NCBI GenBank assembly: GCA_020137815.1
Contig: CM035358.1
Location: 2,790,001-2,854,000, forward strand
Direction: 5' to 3'
Length of the DNA: 64,000 nucleotides
Origin: Hormiphora californensis
Taxonomy: Eukaryota > Animalia > Ctenophora
The translations under genes were made by a program, and so were the position numbers. The notes beneath the pieces are model-generated. The model searched no databases, was not told the DNA's origin, and saw only the letters and a program-made list of their open reading frames with translations. The stretch's first letter is position 1. The number at the start of each line of letters is the position of its first letter. Positions 43,739 through 57,852 of this stretch are shown piece after piece.

Positions 43739-44060
43739 AAGTGAGAGCTGGTAGCCAGACCGTGCCTCTTATACCCTCTTTGCGTGAGAAGCTCTCTGAC
43801 CCCATCACGTGATCCAATCAGTCAATCACGTGACATGAGAGATAGAGAGAGCGGGGGTAGGTCCGATATACAGCTGCCGGCTGTGAAAGCAAACCCAATC
43901 TCTTCCGACAATTAGAGAGCGGGAAAAGCGAGATGTGAGTGTAGAGCTGTAGTATCAAGTCTAATTAAACGGGTTACAAGACCCAATAAGCTGTGAGTGT
44001 GTAGACACCAAGTCGATCCGCAGCAACACTTTCACACCACATGGTCACGTGACCAATCAA
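43739..44060 (-). promoter_or_regulatory. Candidate MKNK internal promoter: Inr, TATA, three extended E-boxes, CCAAT
   Basis: Minus-strand TATAAG at 43773-43768 with an Inr-like TCACTT 31 nt downstream (A at 43742). TCACGTGA at 43805-43812, TCACGTGAC at 43826-43834, GGTCACGTGACC at 44043-44054. CCAAT at 43814 and 44053. Confidence 0.55.
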
Positions 44061-45286
44061 CTGGGGACTCATCAGATACTCATGGGACAGTTTTCTCTCT
44101 CATCATGTGTTAACTAGAGCCGGTACAGGAGATGCAATCAGGTTGGGAAGCAAAGCCGCCGGTGTAATTGATCATTATCCCCCCTCCACTGAGCTAGAGG
44201 GTATCTTGCAAAACGGATCAATTAGATGGTTCAAAGAAACTTCGGGGGTCTAAACGATGCTAGCACACACAGTGGGGTATAATAGCTCACACTGAATTCT
44301 GTGAGGGTTCGTCAGAGCAAGAAGAGAGTTGATGAATGTTAGATGGGGGGAGTTAGATGTAACAGTTGGACTAATGATCATGAGGATGATGAATTGTCGC
44401 TTCAAGTGGCAGGCACGTCGTTACTATATCAATTACAGCTAGATAGTCATTCAATCCCTTCTTCCTTTGCTAACTATTCTGGAGAATACCAAGCGCCTGA
44501 TTGTCCACTGCATCACTTCAGTTACTATCCCCTCCCGGCGGCTTGTCTAACATACCAGCTGTCGAAGAAGACATGACAACCGGAAAACGATGTCACTATT
44601 ACCACACATAGTGTGTAACGCTCTTTCCCTCTTTCCGTCTCTTCCTCTCTCTTTATCTTTCTCTATCTGTTTCGGTATCGCCCAAACCGATCGGTGTCGA
44701 CTGTTTATACAGTAGGAGGAGCGAGGAAGTGAGAGAGAAAAAGAGAGATATAGGAGGAGAGAGAAAGAGAGGGACAGAGAAGGAGAGAACATAGATTTAT
44801 CAAGAGCCAACCGCGAAAGCCACCCTCCTATCACGTGTAAGGGCTCTACAGAATTGCTTGTGAGGCGTGGTAAAACCTATACATAATCCTAAACACCACA
44901 CACTTCCCCCTCCCTCTTTTACTCTCTCTCTCTCTCTCTTTTTCTATTTTTCTATATCTCTCTCTCCCTCTTTTTCTCTGTCTCTCTCTCCCTCTCTCTT
45001 TTTTTCTATGTCTCTCTTCAATCAATTGATCTAATAGCTTGCTAAGTTTCAGATCTCGTAAACTTACACAAAACGCCTTCGTGGCATTTCGCAAATGGGC
45101 CAAGAGAGGTATATAATAGTGCCAATAAACCACACTACTGTAATATGGTATGGCCTTGGGGTACAATAATCTAGCCGCATGTCAAAACGAGCAATTTAGA
45201 GAGAAATGAACTTGCTCCCCCAAATTAACCAGCCTCCATGCAATTTGTCGCTCGTAGAAGTTCGAGAAAGAGAGAGAGAGAGAGAG

Positions 45287-45343
<57 letters not shown>

Positions 45344-45638
45344 CAAGAAAATGAAGAAGTTAATATATCTGTCTATTTCTTCAGAACACGAATTGAGTTT
45401 TCTGTAGTAACGAAGCCTATAACTGATTTTGACTTGCTCAGATCAGTTCAAATCGGATGAGAAATGTGAAATCCATCACTCAAAAAGCATTCAATCACCT
45501 TTTTGAAGACCTTCTCTATTTTCTATCACACCCTCACCCCCATCGATCTCATATAACCCTCTCTGGGCAAGCAAGGTGCGGGTTTTGATTAAATATAACC
45601 TCAGTAAGCAATGTATATTATATAGGGCTTCGGTGCGT

Positions 45639-45695
<57 letters not shown>

Positions 45696-46761
45696 AGAGA
45701 TTCCGTGTCCAATCTGTGTCCCCTAGTGGTGCACGCCCTTTACGATTTGACTAAATATGAGCTTGAAGAGTCTTTAGAGCCAGGGTACTCGCCTTTGCTA
45801 AACGGGTAAAGAAGCAGCTACTGCTTGAGACGTTTTTCTTGGAAAGAGGTTGAAAGATTAAAAGATAGCGGAATCAGATATTTAGAGAATTAGAAAGTTA
45901 TCATCCTGTAACTGGTCTAAATTGGATTATGTGATGATACAGCATGTTCCCCCGGCCAGCTGGTGTGTAGTTCTAATAGGGTTTCAAATGGGGAGCAGCG
46001 TCACCTAATACTATCACGTGATTGTAACCTCTATTTATCTCCCTAACTATAGCTCTAAACTTCTCTCAGGGTTTCTCCCCCCTCTCACTCTCTCTTTCGT
46101 AGCTGATTAGTGATTACAATGCTTTCTATGTTGGGACAACACCTGTCTTTACAACAGCTGGGGCGGGGGAGAGTGCCTAAAGGGAGGGTACATGATATAC
46201 AGCCCTAATTGATCAATTATCCAATTACAAGTAATGGTCGAAATTAGAGTTTGACAGATTATCTACCCTCGCCCTAATAATACGAGACTCTATAATAATT
46301 GTGGTCTAGTTTGTTAGTTGAAATGCCAGGTTTGATCTTAAACACGTGCAATAGATGAACTAAAAGAAATAATTATAACACGTCAACACATTTTAGCTAA
46401 GTAATTTGGGCACAATTAAACTAAAACCGCACGGTAAAAAAACAGCTCAGTACGCACTGTGTATTACAAAGAAGGAGATTAGGGGAGAGAAAACTGAATA
46501 TATTATATATTTACCACCGCACCGAAAGATAGGCACAAATGAACAATTAAAGACGAGACTGTGATAAACAACTGCCGTTGCAGCAGAGGGAAACTGAGAC
46601 TTCTCCCTTCTTTCTCTCGCTGATAAAGTGGCGCCAATACACCGTTCAGCAAAGAGCCAATCAAAGAACTTTTCAGAGCTCCTGTGAGACCCGGGGGGGA
46701 AAAAGGAGGAGAGAGAAGAAAAGAGGAGAGAGGGGGAGAGAGAGGGGAGAATAGAGGGGAG

Positions 46762-46817
<56 letters not shown>

Positions 46818-47220
46818 GAATCACGCGAGGTGGATTTTGTAAAACATTGCATGCTGGATTGGTGTGGTGAACGATTTGGATGGACTCCAGAAAAACATGA
46901 ACACATGAAAAAGGATAGGGACAGAGGTATCAGCAGAGAGAGAAGAGAGGGGGTATTGATATACGAAAAGGAACCGCCAAGATCTCTCTGGTCCTGCACG
47001 CTACATTGAGTTCCATAATGTAGTTCCACAGCAGTAGCAGCTCCTAATGGGTATTCTGCAGGATCTTTGGGGGACTTTATGGAGATCAGGAACAATATGC
47101 ACAAGAGATCAGCTGATGGGAAAGGGAGAGAGAGAGAGAGAGAGAGAAAGGAGGGGAGAAGAGGAGGAGAGAATGGAAAGAGAGAGGAGAGAGAGAGAGA
47201 GAGAGAGAGACGAGAGAGAG

Positions 47221-47256
<36 letters not shown>

Positions 47257-48191
47257 GATGGAACAGAAACATCACGAGTGATCCTGCATGTCGACACCAC
47301 GTGCCCATGTTTTGCGAATAACGGAAGGAAGGGAGAGATGAATATAATTAGTGAGCGAGAGAGAATAATGAGAGTTACGATTGATAAGCATAACACGGAC
47401 ATATACAAGCTATGCATAATAATCCTCCGAGAGCTCCTCATCTCTCCACAGTTGCAAGGGAGGTGGAGGTTAAAGCATTTAGCCAATGATCCCTTTTTTG
47501 TTGTTTTATTTCCTTTCCCCTCATCTCCCTGATCGCTTCATTGTGGGCCCCGGTCAAGGGAAAGAGAAAAAGAGAGTGAGAGAGAGAAGGAGAGAGAGAG
47601 AAGAAAGAGAAGAGAGAGAGAAGGGAAAGAGAAAAAGATAGGAGAGAGAGAGAGTAGGAGATAAAAGGTAGAGTAGAGTGAATAAGAGTAAGTCGATTAA
47701 TATAGTGTTTGAGGGAAAATTTTTAGAGAAGGAATTTTTTTCCCCGGGGCCCGGGGAAAAAAACCCGAAACAAATTTTTGGGGAGGAGGGAAGGGTTTTA
47801 AAAAAAAAGGGTAAATAAGTTTGGGGACCCCCTTTTATATTTAAAAGAAAAAGAAAAGAGACTCGGGAAAGGAAACAGGAATGGTAAATGGCAGAGAAAC
47901 CACAGGAAAATCAGGATTGAGAAGACGGTAGGAAAAAGGGGAAGGAAAAGAGAGTAAAAGGGCCGAAGGGGGATAAAGAGAGGGGTGCGAGAAATTTTTA
48001 AAAAGGTGAAAAACGGAGTTTTTCTAAATTTTTGAAACACCCCCAAAAGGTAGTTTTTTTTTTTTTTATGTTAAATTGGGGGCCGGGGGGTCCAAAGACA
48101 AGTTTTTTTCTTTAGGAAATTTATGGGCCAAATTTAAAAAAAATACTTTTTTATTTTCCCCCTTTTTCTTTTCCCGTCAAAAATTCTCTTC

Positions 48192-48291
48192 NNNNNNNNN
48201 NNNNNNNNNNNNNNNNNNNNNNNNNNNNNNNNNNNNNNNNNNNNNNNNNNNNNNNNNNNNNNNNNNNNNNNNNNNNNNNNNNNNNNNNNNN
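48192..48291. other. Scaffold gap (100 N)
   Basis: Run of N preceded by degraded homopolymer-rich sequence (~47710-48190). Confidence 0.98.
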
Positions 48292-48553
48292 GTAAGATAT
48301 CTTACTGTGGGCAACTCATATATTCCGAGTCAATTGTCCCTTCCCCCTTTACTTTGGAGTTGGGCAATGAACAATATGGCGCGGGGGGGGGAAAAAAAGA
48401 AAAATAAAAAAGTAAAAAAAAAAAAACAAACAATTGTGTGAACAAACAACCATGTTGCAACCAAACTCCAAGACAATTCTATCACCAGGATCAGCCGATA
48501 TGTAACATACAACTTGTAATCATGACATACAAAAAAACAGACCAACAACTTAC

Positions 48554-48579
48554 CCCTTTCCTTTCGCCATTCCTCCCTT
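48554..48579 (-). CDS. MKNK: 26-nt microexon of the long MKNK isoform
   Basis: TTGTTTCAG|AAGGGAGGAATGGCGAAAGGAAAGGG|GTAAGT = KGGMAKGK(G). Converts phase 0 (from 57488) to the phase 2 needed by exon 38118. Confidence 0.6.
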
Positions 48580-49310
48580 CTGAAACAAGAAGAACGTGAT
48601 ACTTATTAAGTATTGGTTATTCAAAAAAGCGACCATTTAAAAGAACAATAATACCAATTTTAAACACTTCTGAAACGTATTAAAATGAGCTCCGTTAGAG
48701 GCATCTGAGCGATAATATAAAAAAAGATGGCGATAAGAATGTTGTGCTCTTCTTTCTCCTCTTCTCCGCAGATTCGTACTGAAGGAAGGGAGATCTCTCG
48801 TCTATCTGGAAGATCGAGAGATATCTACGAGAGAAGCGATAGCTATCGTAGAGAGAGGTCGCGAATAGAGCGCTAGCCAGTAGTCTGAGCCAGTATAGTA
48901 CTACTATCAAGTATGCTGAAGGTTAACATCCTTTTACCACATTATTGGAATCTCATAACCGTTCTCGATCTGATCACACATGAGTGCTGGAGAGATTGGA
49001 GATATAAGTTTCAAACAGGAGAGAGAAGAGAGTTCACTACAAAGAAACAATATTTTGTTATAACACTGGAAGGCCCAAAAGTAAATTATAGCATCCCACG
49101 GGCACACTACAGACCTTCGGCTGTCGATTTCCTCAACAATCACAAAAGACAAACACGTCAATCCATCTCTGTCACAATGATATGGATATCTGTCAAAAAT
49201 GATAATGATGACTAAATAAACACTTAAAACTGGGATCAGGCAGCAAATTCTCACAGCCATGTCTACAGTAAATATTTAATGTCAAAAAGCGTGGTCTTCC
49301 AGAATATATA

Positions 49311-50656
49311 CCGTAATCTGGGGTACCTTTTTTTTGCAGTGGTACTGTTGGACACTTTCAAATTTGGCTTAGTCCAAAATTACCAACAGAATAACGGCAT
49401 ATTTTGGCATACATTTTGGTGTACAAGTCATGACCCACAAATGTTCTAAACTAACGGTACCGTTATTTTTTTCCAGTCTATGCGATTAGCTCCTAATTAG
49501 GGTTCAAACATAATTGAATGGTCACAAAATGCTAAAAATGTTCAAATCAAATGTGGTACCATAGATCTGACGGCAAATGAATCGAATCAAGTTTGGCTCC
49601 ATCGATGAATGGTTTCCGATCAAATAATTCGGGGCACATTTTCAAATCCACCACTTACTTAATTGAAGACTAAATTTGGGGTGGCTACATGTTACCCCCC
49701 ATTTTTGAATTTTGGGGTATCTTTGGAACGGGGTGCCAAAGGTACCCCTACTACATGTTTTACTTTTGATGGTCTGCAGAGTTGAATTAAACCCTCTCTG
49801 ACTTGTGTTTAGAAAACCATCTGACCAAGATTTTAGCCCGACCATGCCCATTTTCATCGATCGTATTCTCGAGGTAGTAAAAAACAGAATTAGTTCTACT
49901 TATGGAGGCTAAATCATAGAAAATCCGCCTGAAACCACATCAAAACTTCATAATTTGGGTCCCTCATCCTCTGTAGTTGGTAAGTATGGTTTTTGACCCT
50001 CTAGGGCGAGTTCTATTATTCTTGTGACATTCTATGCAGGAACCAGGCACCAAACTCCTTTATTTAGCAGTACCCATAAGTTCGCGGCCACTATCCTGGC
50101 CGATCCAATTCAGTAAAAAGAACTAATACTAGCCGCCTATGGCCCAATACCACCTACCCAAGCTAAGCGTTGGATGAGTGACCCCAAATTATTGAGTTTT
50201 GATGTGTTTAGGACGGTTGTTTGTGATTTAGCGCCATAAAATAGACCAAATCCATCCCGTTTATTCACTACATTAGTGAGTAGATGGATTAAACGGGTGG
50301 TGGATTTGGCTGAAATCTGGTAACATATGGTCCCTAAACAGTCAGATAGGGTCTAGGCAACTCTACAAACCTCATATCGAAAACCTAAACACTTTATGTT
50401 CATTTATTTATCTTGCAAATGTTCCAAACCGTTACCCACCCCTCATTCCAGTTACCCCCATGCCTAAAACCCCACTTCACTAGAAACGTGTTAATTAATC
50501 TAATAAAATGAGAACGGGACCAAATTTCACTAGTTTATATCTGGTGTAGCTGGGTCTGGAACGGGATTCTTTGGTTCAAAAATTTTTGATGTGTGTTCTG
50601 GCAAGGATTATTTTAGGAGTGCTGAAAACGTGGTACAAAGTTACCCCAACTTACGG
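49311..50656. mobile_element. Non-autonomous Tc1/mariner-superfamily (Tc2/pogo-like CCGTA ends) element
   Basis: TA|CCGTAATCTGGGGTACCTTT ... AAAGTTACCCCAACTTACGG|TA; no transposase ORF. Confidence 0.75.
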
Positions 50657-50852
50657 TAATTCGGAAATGATGAGAGTTAGTGGAGAGAGAAATGATAAAA
50701 AAGAAGCAGCAGTAAGCACAAAAGATACGGCTCCTCATGAGTGAGGGAGGGTGACGATAAAAAACCCTCGCAGACTTCATATATTCGGGGAGGAGAGAGG
50801 TGACATTAGAAAACTCTCCTCATATGGGGAGAACACAAAGCGGGGGGAGAGA

Positions 50853-50909
<57 letters not shown>

Positions 50910-53900
50910 ATGTATGTTGTATGTCTTACCATCTGGTACAACACACGACCAGCTGGCACACAAACACAACCCGCACATTACTGCATAAAGACTCCTCTAT
51001 CCTTCTCTAAACCCCAAACCACAACCACGTGTTTTGAATTCAACCATTCACTCAATGCATATTATACAGGAGATATTGAACTGTTGATACCGTGATGGAG
51101 GGTGGGTGTGAGAGAGCTCAGGGGTGGGTAAAGCACTTAGACAATGACTGAAGAAGAAAGACTTTCGTGTCTAGCTTGTGTGCATTAGCAGCAACACTAC
51201 TTGATGAGAGCTAGATCAGGGCCAGCCTCCTTGTACATATATAATCGGCTCATTTTATTATCAAAGCTCCTCAATTTTATTTTTAGGCCAAATTTGGTTG
51301 CCAGAGTAATGGCTGTGTACTATACTGTGCAAATTTGGTAATATAGGAACAGTATACACAGTGTGCATACTGTTTCTACCACATTTGCACACAACAACAG
51401 TCGTCACCTCATTGAACAACTGCATTCACTTTGGAATGAGCCAATAATCTACAGTAGATCTGCAGAGCTAAACGTTTTTCCTATCCATAACTTTGAACTG
51501 ACTAAAAATAAAACTCATGTAAAATAAAAAATGATTCCAAGTATTGAAGACCGAGGAACAAACTTAAGGAGAAGGCTTCCCTCGTGGCAGGTTTTTCCGT
51601 GGAGTTGATATGCGTGGCATTTATCACACCCCCTCCCCCCTCGTGTTGGGAGAGACTGGCTGGATGCCAAAAAGTTAGGGAGGGAGAAAAATAAACAAAA
51701 ATCGACAGTTCGGAGTATCCTTGGGAAATTTCACGTTTCTTTTCGTTTTACTTTTGGACCCACAACCCTAATTTCTTAAATAGGTCAAAAAACCCCCACT
51801 GCTTTTCTTCGAAATGGCCAAAATTTTCTCGGTTTCTTACCCTTAGGTGCTTTAATTTCTTTAGTGTTTGTCAACGCATGACCACTGCTTTCTCTCTGCT
51901 CTCTGTCACCGCTTCCTACGTAATGCCATCTCTTTCTCTTACCCCTTTTTAAAAAAATTTTTAACATAGCCTCTCTCCCCCCTTTTAATTTCTTTATTAT
52001 ATTTTCCGTCATTTTCCCCGGTTTTCCGGGGTTCAGAAAAGGGGGGAAAGGGGGTTTTGGGGGATGAAAAAAAATGGGTTAAAAAAATTTGTTTGAAAAA
52101 AAGGGTCACGGTTAAAATGAAGGAACCCTATTTTTGGGGAAAAAGGGAAAATTATTCAGGTTAAAATTTTTAAAAAAATTATGGAAAAGAGGAAAAACAA
52201 AAGGAAAAAAAAAGGGGAAGGAGAGAAGAAGGAGAGAAAAAGGGAAAAAAGGAGGGGGGAGAGGGGGAAGAAAGAGGGGGGGGGGAAAAGGAGGGGGGGG
52301 GGAGGAGGAAAAGGGAAAATGTACTACTGCAACAGCCTTAAATGATCCGGTCTCCATTTCCTTTTCTGTTGTGCTGTAAGAGCTCCCGCGAGCAAGTGGA
52401 GGGCTGAGAGAGATACGGGGGAAAAGTAAATAGGGAGATACAAAGAATGAGCTCAGAGGTTAGAGGTTGGTTGGTTTAATTAATGATTATGGGCGAGGAC
52501 TCTCAGAAAAAAGTGATTATTGGGGGAAAATGGGAAAAGACGTTCAGCCCAAAAATTTTCCCCAAATTTAAATATCTTTCCTGAAGGGTATTTAAGGCTT
52601 TTAATCAATTACAAATACGGAGATGAAAAGGGTAAATTGAAGGTTAAAACTATCTGAGACTCTTTAGGGTCAAAACATAGATGACAATAACCAAGCTCTT
52701 CTACCCCCTTTATTGGACAGTGAGGGTTTGTAACCTGGCAAAAGCTAAAGTTTTGTAAATTGCGTATTATTACGACAACTATACAAACAGACAAAATATA
52801 TATTCGGTTAAACATGTGGATATCGCTCACAGGATAAAGTTTTAAAAAATGGATTATATATCGGCAGTGACATGTCTAATATATAAGGGCAATGTGAATG
52901 TAGAGACAATATGTTTATAACATCATGAGAGCAATGACAATTTGCCTGATGAGAATGGGAGAGCTTGATTAGTAATTAATGAATTGAATACATGCATGTC
53001 GTGATTGAAGAAAGTTTAAGCAGTGGAAAGCTAGGCAGAGATAGAAAGATTGATTGAGAAAGGTTTATTGAGATACAAAGATTGATTGAAGGTTGTGATA
53101 GAGATAGAAAGACATCTTTGAATCTTGAACTGCGTTAGCACTTAGCTGATAATTTGACCCGATCTCATACAAGGGTGAAGTTTTTAATTATCAGCACCAA
53201 AAAGTGTCAGTTATAAAGATTTTTTAAATTTACAACTTGTAAGAGCTCTCCAAAGCACAGCTTAGTGTGTACGTGTGTAAGATCAGTTTTAAATAGTATT
53301 AAAAGAGAGCGTCATAGCTGCAGCTCAAACAGTAACACAGATCTATCAGAACGCAGAGAGTCAAATTGAGAGGGTTAGGACAACCCTCAATATATTTGGA
53401 ATCTATCATCTCTCTCTCTCACGGAGGGAGATTGAGAAATATTTCCAGGAAAGTTGACTTGCTCAGTCAGTGTGTGAGGAGGTATATTCTTGAGAATATA
53501 GTACCCTCAGCAGCTTTACCACAATCTGAACCCTCAGTTTCTGTTGGCTCAACTGGGACAGAAAGAGACAGAATTGTACATCCTGTGTACAAAACATGAC
53601 TATACTGACACCTGTGTTATACGTGTCTAAATAAAAAACTACGAGAGACATGGGAAACAAAAACAACATGTGACACAGAAAAGTGTGCTCTCGTGTAATT
53701 CTACCGCTAATTTAGCCACGCACCACCACATGGCCCTTTAACGTTATACGTGGCTACGGAGTGAATGGAGAGAAAGAGGAGATGAGAGAGAAGAGAGAAG
53801 GCGAGAAAGAGAGATGTAGATAGAGAGAAAGTAGAAGAGAGGAGAGAGGGAAGGAGAGACAGATAAGATAGGAAGGAGAGAAGAGCGATAATAAGAGATA

Positions 53901-55181
53901 TGATCTGTAGAAGAGCGAGAGCTGAAGATAACCACTTAGATAGCTAGGATGACTGCGTTCTCCTTCCAGTTCTGTACCTACTCGCCTCTAGAAGCTCTCC
54001 CAGCCTGAGGGCCCCGCTCTAAAAAGTAGATATCACATTCCTTAGATGCTTTTACACAACCCTATGTCTATAGCATTCCTATCCTTGCATTGCTTTGGGA
54101 TGTTGCAATGATTACGATGGGAAAAACGATGTCAAGGATTTCTAAGAATCAGAGTAATAAGAGATTGAATGAGCGTCAAATGAGAAAGCAGTGACAGCTG
54201 AGAAAGATGTAACACAAGAACAGTCTATCAAATGAATGGTTATGTGGCTGAGATGAGGGTTAAGATTTGATCACTCCCTGACAGCATGACCACCCCCTCT
54301 CAATTCTTTCTAACTCGTATGATTCTCTTAAACAGGACTGTGACAGGGAGGGTTTATGTGGTTAATCGTGATTCACAAACTCTCAGCTCGAAAAGCTGTT
54401 AAGTTTTCAATCGTTCCCTGGCGAATTCTGTTACGAAATTGAACGGGTGGAATATAGATCTCGGGGTAAAAATGAAATTTTGTTCGTTGTTTGTGTGGTT
54501 GTTTGAACCTAAAAGATAAGTTCTATTACTCCATCTATTCGATAACTATTTCTCTCTCTCGCTTTCTTTATCTATATCACTCTCTCCCACCTCCCACTCT
54601 ACCTCTATTTCTCTCACTCTATCTCTCTCTAATCTATCTCTCTTCCCTCTCTAAGAGAGTGTCTATACGTCTCCAAGAGGCCTATAGTATTGGACGTCTA
54701 GCTGATCCCGGACATGGCTACAGTATGTTATAGAGATGAAGGCAAAGGGGAGGAAGAAGATGAGGAGAAAGAGAAATAGAGATAGAGAGACGAGATGGGG
54801 AAGAGAGAGAAGAGAAGAGAGAGAGAGGGGGGAAGAGAGAGAGAGAGAGAGAGAAAAGAGCTTGGGAAAAGGGCCGGGTGACCGGCCCCGGCTAGGAGGG
54901 CATGGGAAGGATATAGAGGTACGGACAGACAGATAGACACTCAATACAAAGGATAGTTAGAGCCGAGAAAAAAAGAAAGAGAGCGACATCCTCGTTGATC
55001 GGACATTGAGATTTCAGCTCTAAATTGTTTTGAAAAGAATGAATTAAGCCCATGAGGCTGTGGTATGCCTACACTTTTATAACACAGTGTACATTGCATT
55101 AAGGCCACACCCCGGTAGCTCTCCATGAACATTTGATGCTTTTAGCAGATCAAAGTGATTCCTGCATTATGAGAGAGAGAC

Positions 55182-55245
<64 letters not shown>

Positions 55246-55246
55246 G

Positions 55247-55377
<131 letters not shown>

Positions 55378-57487
55378 TGTGAGCGAGAGAAAGAGAGAGA
55401 GAGAGAAAGAGAGACATCAAGAGATATCGTAACAAATGCACATCACAATAAAGACTATGACTATCTCTCACTCACCCCTCTCTCTGTGTCTTCGAGACAA
55501 ACAATTGCACTTCGCACTCTCTCGCTATAACACATTGCTATCCTTCCCAAACTACTCACCATCATTGCGTATAACCCCTTTATATTGATCCTCAGCTCTC
55601 TTTCTCAGCCCCCCTCTCTCGATATAACGAACCTACGAACACCCTTCCTCGTACATGTATGGGGATCACATATTACTAGTACATAATAATCGCATAATAT
55701 TATGTCTATCTTAATACTAGTAATTGTACTAGTAATATATGTGATCCCCATACGGCATACATACGAGGAAGGGTGTTCGTAAAAGCACAGACTACCTAGG
55801 TAGTTTGTGCTTTTACGATCACAGTCAATAAAATACACAGAGAAGGGAGAGAGATAGATAGGAGAAACAATTCGACAGACAATGGCAGAGAAATCAGATC
55901 TGAGATGGAAAGATGGTAAAGCAATTATAGCTATGTGGCCTGGTTTGTCTACTGTTATAACGAGGTTGAGGCTTTCACATGTACATAGGTCTGATGAGTG
56001 ATCACGGTGTTACGGGATGGCATTGTGCCAGTCATATATCGCCTCTATTTCTATCTTTCTATCTTTCTATCTCTTTCTATCTTTCTCCCATCTCTCTCTT
56101 TCTTTATCGTTCTATCTTTCTTTCTCTCTCTCCCTCCCTCTCTTTTTCTCTATCAATTACTAACGATGCTTTTAATGGCAGGTAATTATTGTGGTTCAAG
56201 TAATTGTTGTTCTCGAAGGATGGAAGTAATATGGTAAATGGTTTTAGAAAGTTACAGGCGAAAGAGCTTGACGTGTTATCATGTAACCGTGTTACAATTG
56301 TGAGATGTAATTCAAATCACAAGTCATCAGTCATCTTATTATCTCACATGACTGACAACCTAGAACCCACGTAGTACGAACCCCACATGCCCCCATATGT
56401 ATCTCAACTCCATTTATAGCTCCTACTCTTCATAGCCCTCGCATTATGTCTGAACTCATAATGGAGTCTGACCAGCTACATCGTCATTAGATGAGTGGGT
56501 GACAATGGACGTAGCATCCTAATTAGGCGCCTATTCCTACTTACTAAACTCTCTCTCTCTTTCATCCCTTCTTTCTCTCTATCTCTCTCTCTCTCTCTCT
56601 TGTTCATTTCTTCTCTCTTTCTCTCACTATCTCTCTTCAGTTCCTCCACGCTTTCCCCTCTCTCTAATTTTCTACATGTCTAGAAATAACTCATTCAGGC
56701 TTTGTTTGTCATACGACACCCATGTTCATGTGCTGTCCTCTCTTTCGCCTTCCCCATCTCTTTCTCGCTCTCTCTCACTATCTCATTTGTAATCTCTCGA
56801 GTGTCTAATAAAATTACTAAACTCTGAGAAGCGTTGAAAAGCTTCACAAATGAGGCGGAGAGAGATAGAGGTTATTTAGCTCACGGGCACGATAAAAACG
56901 ATAGTAAAAAGTAAGATTGGAGGATAAATTGCCATTGACAAGTGAAAGAATGATGTCATTTTTAAAAACTTCTGATTTTATTACCTTACACAGGCTTGTA
57001 ATACGCATGTCGTTAACTAAAATCTCAAGATCGATATATATATGACAAGAACTGTCAATGAACAAAATATTATCTGATTGGTATTTGCTCGCTATTTAAA
57101 TCTTGAATATAATAATGACGTCCTTAAACCGGTCACATGTACTATTGAAGTAGTACATGTGACTATAACAGGCATGTACAAAGGCAACCATGACACTACT
57201 GCATTGGACGCAAAGTACGTTAGAACATTGTGACGCCATTTTCTACGAAATTAGGGCAAAAAGGCACTTTGGGATCAAAAGAACTCGTGTGACGTGAGAC
57301 GTGTTGTCAACAAAGGGTATAGACTATTGGAGCCCAATATGACAACTGTAAAGCATTGTCCCTTCAGTAATGAAATTGTAGACAGATTTCATGTCAGGGG
57401 CTATAATTGAATCGCTCCCCGGAATAATATAACATTCCCCAAATAAAATATTTTGGCTTCTCTCCAAAATGCCCCCCGTTTATTTAC

Positions 57488-57852
57488 CTTGGTAATTTTA
57501 GAACTGGCTGGGCGAGCACGAGGTGTGCTCAGGGGATCCTCCTCCCCTTGTTGATTCTCAATACTTGGAGTAGTGGGTGATTCTTGGATGGGTTCCAACT
57601 GGTGGTGATGGGTGTTGGGGGTGGTGTTTAGGGCCATCAGTTCCAGGGGTGACGGATTACAATTAGTGGGTGTCTGGATATCGCAATCAGCAATATCTCC
57701 CATGTTTATCACCGTGGTGATTGGGGGGAGAGTAGGGAATTTAACACTGGGATCAATTATACGCAGGGTGGTGTCCTGGTGGTGTCCTGCTGTTGCAGTC
57801 CGGGATAGAGATGACTCTGAGCCGGGTTTAATCATTGATATCACCGTTGAGC
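57488..57852 (-). CDS. MKNK: Second exon of the distal MKNK isoform (T/P/S-rich, disordered)
   Basis: CCCTCTCCCTACAG acceptor, 365-nt open exon GSTVISMIKPGSESSLSR...ARPASSKITK, AAG|GTAAAT donor. Confidence 0.65.

Noticed and set aside
44030-44075. Other CTGATGAG motifs (44068 minus, 52947, 55991) as hammerheads
   Set aside because: No stem II closing onto GAAA.
48913-49260. 100-108 aa ORFs next to the gap
   Set aside because: No recognisable homology or splice context; adjacent sequence is degraded.
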